This document shows positions 23,974-26,310 of a stretch of DNA of 26,310 nt, piece after piece; position 1 is the stretch's first letter; every line of letters begins with the position of its first letter. The notes below the pieces were generated by a model that saw only the letters and a program-made list of their open reading frames with translations, did no database searches and was not told the origin of the DNA. This DNA comes from a virus (lineage: Duplodnaviria > Caudoviricetes), in the IMG/VR virus record IMGVR_UViG_3300014775_001835, positions 1 through 26,310 of that record. The stretch is one strand, 5' to 3'. The translations under genes and the position numbers were made by a program.

Positions 23974-26310
23974 TTATGGAATTCCTGTTTCTCCGGAGCC
24001 GTAACCCGATAATCCATTAGCATTTCTAACACGTGGAAGAGTGCTTCCGGTGTAATATGTAACTATACTTTTATCATACGATGCTACGATTTTGTCTAGC
24101 TGCGTCTGTTTACATGTCAATGCATTTAAATTTGTTAAAAATGTGCCGCCTCCACCGCCCGGGTAGCTGTACGTTCCGCTATTATGTCCCAAATCTGGGG
24201 CAGCGCTGCATTTTATTTGTACAATCATATTAGCATAATTAACCGGTGTTGCATCTCGATATTCTAATCCATCTTTTATTTGAATTACCATTATAGCATT
24301 AACATGTGCAGGAAAATCGTCATTGTTAAAGTTAGCTGCATCACTGTTTGTATATCCTACTGATAATCTTGGATAATATATTCCGGTGACATCACTGACG
24401 TATTGGCCGGCATTCAAAAAGCCTACACCGTACTGGCTGGTGGTGGATAAATCGCTTGGATCTAGTCCCTGCAAAATCCATCTTAAGGTTACCGGCATCT
24501 TCGTGCCATTGATTCCATACGGAAAGGCTGCCGTATACATAATTACTATAAAATCATCAGCTTCTGGAGCAAATATGTTAAGTAACACAGTTGTTGAGCC
24601 GGCCGGCAAATCCCAAACGCCTTTTTGTTGCGAGAATAATGCATAGAAGTTTGAGCCATAGTAGGCACTATCATACGGATTCGGAGTTATAAGTGCATTA
24701 GTCGTACCAAAGTTATTGCCGTTATATAGATTTTTGTCGATAGTACTACCGCGGAAATTATTTGCCGAGTCCATCGATAGATCTGTCGTATCTATCATTT
24801 TTTTACCGTTGATATCTTGCACTAACAATGCACTAGCTGTTACTTCTCCGGTATCTTTTACATTGAATACACGGCCGTTGCTCATAAACGGATTATTATT
24901 ACCTACACCTATTATATGACGCTCATTTGGAGACGGTCCAGCGGCTTCCGGACGTAAAAATACATTTGTATAGCCCTGGGCGTTATTTGCTGATGACTTC
25001 AGAAAACTATCGGTAATCACCCACCCACCGATAGTTCCGCCGGCCGCATTAATCTCTCCAGTCATTGTTACGTCGCCGGCCGAGTCGACTGTAAAGTTAT
25101 CTGTATTAATTTCTATCGCGCCAGCCGTATGGTTAAATCTTATATAGTTTCCAGCAGCATTTCCGACAGCAAATTTTGCTGTCGAACCTTCCATTACTAT
25201 TCCGTTTTGGCCAGTATATGCATTAGCGCCGCCAATTTGCAAAACTCCGTCATTCAAATTAAATCTAGATCCTAGGGCTGTGCCCCAGTTATTCGAACGT
25301 ATCTTTCCGGTAGTTATTCTATCGCCTTCAATTGTAGTACGGCCAATCGCAGCGTTCGGACCTAGATACAACGACTCTATATTCTTTTCTGTTAATGCAA
25401 CATTATAAAATCTTACGTCGGCTAATAAACCTTCTAAAGGAAGTCCGCCACTAGTGGTCGCGGCGAGCGCAGCGTTTTGAAGGCTAGCTGCGTACGCGTT
25501 TGTCGTATCGATTGGATCACCATTCGTATAATACGACGGAATTGATATGCCATTGACATATAATTTAGGATTAGATCCATTTTCGAGTACTACTGTATAA
25601 TGATTCCATTCGGTATCGTCGAAAGAGCTCGTTGCGAATCGCGAATTGTGTAGCCCTTCGCCGTCTGTATCAGTGCCGTCAGGCGCGTATACAGAATAAT
25701 ACCCATTGGAGTTTTTATTCATAGCGTAAGCAAGTGAATTATCAGATGCCCAAGAAATCCAAAACATATAATTAGTGCTAACAACGCCTCCGTACGGAAC
25801 TTGCCGCATCCAAAACGATATTGATAAATCATCGCCGGCGGCGAAATTTTCGGTTAAATTAGGTATTTGGACCCTATTAGCGGCGGTATTGTTAACATCG
25901 ATAGCAAACCCGCTAGGGCCAGCTGTACTTCCGGATACAACAAAGTCCGGTTCCGTGGCATATGTATTACTGTCACGATGATTGCCGGAAATATCTGGAA
26001 AGTAATAATCGCCCGTATCGTTAATTTGATATGAATCCAACGGATAATGTGCTATCAAGTTTTGACTCGACGGCGCTTCCGGAAGCGATGCTACTTCAAT
26101 TTTACCTTTAAAGTATCCATTCGTAGTATATATTCCGTACCCATTGACGCCATCACTAAAGTTATTATCAGTTATCCCTGACAAATCGCCCAATCTAACA
26201 ACAGTGTTAACAGTACCAAATACCGAATTAGCATCGTCTCCAGTATGTTGTTCTGTTCCGATGCTAGATCCGACTCTTTCAACGATATCAATATACGGAG
26301 TATTAGTATC
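23974..26310 (-). CDS. Tail/receptor-binding protein with LamG (ConA-like) domain, 5'-partial
   Basis: The frame stays open from 26193 to the window end (DTNTPYIDIVERVG...VVRLGDLSG), so the track's TTG start is internal. LamG motifs: LIAHYPLD, DISGN, SISFW, WNHYTVV, KLYVNG, GLLADVRFYNVALT. Fibre motif GEINAAGGTIGGW. Confidence 0.75.
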   Translation of the reverse strand, partial: DTNTPYIDIVERVGSSIGTEQHTGDDANSVFGTVNTVVRLGDLSGITDNNFSDGVNGYGIYTTNGYFKGKIEVASLPEAPSSQNLIAHYPLDSYQINDTGDYYFPDISGNHRDSNTYATEPDFVVSGSTAGPSGFAIDVNNTAANRVQIPNLTENFAAGDDLSISFWMRQVPYGGVVSTNYMFWISWASDNSLAYAMNKNSNGYYSVYAPDGTDTDGEGLHNSRFATSSFDDTEWNHYTVVLENGSNPKLYVNGISIPSYYTNGDPIDTTNAYAASLQNAALAATTSGGLPLEGLLADVRFYNVALTEKNIESLYLGPNAAIGRTTIEGDRITTGKIRSNNWGTALGSRFNLNDGVLQIGGANAYTGQNGIVMEGSTAKFAVGNAAGNYIRFNHTAGAIEINTDNFTVDSAGDVTMTGEINAAGGTIGGWVITDSFLKSSANNAQGYTNVFLRPEAAGPSPNERHIIGVGNNNPFMSNGRVFNVKDTGEVTASALLVQDINGKKMIDTTDLSMDSANNFRGSTIDKNLYNGNNFGTTNALITPNPYDSAYYGSNFYALFSQQKGVWDLPAGSTTVLLNIFAPEADDFIVIMYTAAFPYGINGTKMPVTLRWILQGLDPSDLSTTSQYGVGFLNAGQYVSDVTGIYYPRLSVGYTNSDAANFNNDDFPAHVNAIMVIQIKDGLEYRDATPVNYANMIVQIKCSAAPDLGHNSGTYSYPGGGGGTFLTNLNALTCKQTQLDKIVASYDKSIVTYYTGSTLPRVRNANGLSGYGSGETGIP

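Noticed and set aside
1180-23976. Stop-codon reassignment (no called gene appears to end in TAG)
   Set aside because: Core genes are full length under code 11 with no in-frame TAG. TAG scarcity is normal in AT-rich genomes, and a whole-genome test would be needed.
339-25981. All plus-strand ORFs in the track (e.g. 2692..3018, 5365..5661, 15328..15930, 22863..23429)
   Set aside because: They are antisense shadows of well-supported minus-strand genes, with low-complexity Ser/Ile/Phe-rich translations and no recognisable motifs.

Overview
Minus-strand morphogenesis region of a large T4-like (gp17/gp20/gp21/gp22/gp23-type) tailed phage. The host is very probably Bacteroidota, judged from a T9SS C-terminal sorting domain, Bacteroidota-type promoters and a Bacteroidota-like bS21. 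In transcription order (right to left): partial LamG-domain tail protein, fibre-like protein, HIGH-type nucleotidyltransferase/ligase-like fusion, two hypotheticals, large terminase, portal, four small head-region proteins, prohead protease, a ~5.6 kb envelope cassette (three TM+coiled-coil proteins, CxxC-less thioredoxin fold, 937-aa Cys-repeat T9SS cargo, probable outer-membrane beta-barrel, 2-TM protein, thermonuclease), small proteins, ribosomal protein bS21, scaffold, major capsid protein, PhoH, hypotheticals and a partial fibre protein. The most notable signals are: (i) a phage-encoded T9SS surface-display cassette inside the head genes; (ii) a separately transcribed bS21 next to late genes carrying Shine-Dalgarno motifs; (iii) eight copies of a gene-sense ATATTTATW motif whose core is the reverse complement of the T4 late promoter; (iv) a three-hairpin leader on the scaffold gene. 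All calls come from reading motifs by eye; no searches were run.
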